A DNA stretch of 64,000 nucleotides from contig NC_068992.1 of NCBI RefSeq assembly GCF_001194135.2, positions 11,981,549-12,045,548 of the forward strand, in the 5' to 3' direction. Origin of the DNA: Octopus bimaculoides. Its lineage: Eukaryota. How positions within the stretch are numbered: the first letter of the stretch is position 1; every line of letters starts with the position of its first letter. Positions 62,985 to 64,000 of this stretch are shown here, one piece after another. The translations under genes were made by a program, and so were the position numbers. The notes under the pieces are model-generated. The model ran no database searches and was not told the DNA's origin. It saw nothing but the letters and a program-made list of their open reading frames with translations.

Positions 62985-63951
62985 NNNNNNNNNNNNNNNN
63001 NNNNNNNNNNNNNNNNNNNNNNNNNNNNNNNNNNNNNNNNNNNNNNNNNNNNNNNNNNNNNNNNNNNNTAGCATAGTGTGAAGCTAATCAACAAAAAAGC
63101 ACTCCATTTGGTGAATGATAACTATTCTTTAATAAACACAGTATATATTTTTTATTAGCTACTAAGAGTTTCATGCGATGGAAAGGATTCAGACAGCATT
63201 TTATAACAACCCTGGTTTCTTCATGAAATCCCCAGGCGATGTTTACGTGACATGACAAGCTAAAACGGGACGATTGAATAAGAGCAAATGCGAGAAAAAG
63301 CGAGAAGCAAGTAGATGTAAAAGGTGGAAAGTGAAAAACACCAGAAAACGAAAGTAAAAGGGAAAAGAAAAAACGGTGAGACTTTGACTTATGTCCCCTA
63401 TGATCGTGAAATCATAATAAGGCTGAATAGATAGGGGCCTAGAGTCAGTAGTAGAGCCGCTCAATCCAGAGAGGGGGTATTTTACAATTCGCCAACAGGA
63501 ACTTATCCGAATGTTTAAATCCGCTGAAAATGTCTGATATGGAATTCAGCAGTGCAGTAAAGTCCATACATATATGGCAAATGATAAATATAAATGCTTT
63601 TGTCAGATTTCATAACGTGTATTCTAATTGCTCGACAAACTGAATATAACCTAGAGAATGAATTTCTGAGTATTCTGCAACCATTCACACTCCTTTAAGA
63701 CACTTGTAGTCAGATTCACAATAAGACACAATGGATAACGAGGATTGCAATTTATATTCATATGTACACCACCTGGCCGACTTCCAAACCGTGTTTGTAT
63801 AGCCAGCTTCACTTTTTAAGCCTGACTCAAACCGATGGTATTGTAATAGACGCCACTTCGGAATGTTACAACGTGAAATGATTACGAAGTGATCTAGTAC
63901 AACATACACACATATAATTAAATGTTTATATATATGTAAGTATACATACAT

Positions 63952-64000
<49 letters not shown>

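Noticed and set aside
1599-63969. Most ORFs in the supplied track (poly-YI, HT, CV, LS, N/T runs and X-filled ORFs)
   Set aside because: They are translations of microsatellites or read-through of N-gaps, not genes.

Overview
AT-rich, repeat-dominated eukaryotic DNA. The SINE and microsatellite content suggests a cephalopod, most likely Octopus (inference). About 21 N-gaps (roughly 7.5 kb, hand count) are almost all flanked by microsatellites. I find no intact host protein-coding gene, rRNA, true tRNA or CRISPR array, and most of the supplied ORF track is microsatellite or gap read-through. The window is a transposon graveyard. It holds about 20 copies or fragments of 4 tRNA-type SINE families, two of them full-length with clear TSDs. 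LINE remnants include an RTE reverse transcriptase, a CR1/L2-type RT sliver and two R4/Dong C-termini. Decayed DNA transposons include hAT Buster-type, maT/DD37D-like, Tc1, DUF4817-type mariner and an internally deleted Sola2-like element, plus two TIR MITEs. The most interesting signals are (i) two copies of a Penelope-like terminal repeat carrying a minimal hammerhead-ribozyme fold with a shared non-canonical core (U at A6), (ii) a 241-bp foldback MITE with nested hairpins, (iii) a 112-bp snap-back palindrome with two alternative stems, (iv) a three-element TE stack at 37.3-39.6 kb with a palindromic deletion junction, and (v) clustered, nested and inverted SINEs. Two phase-compatible candidate exons are flagged at low confidence. 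Family names come from recalled motif patterns, not database searches.
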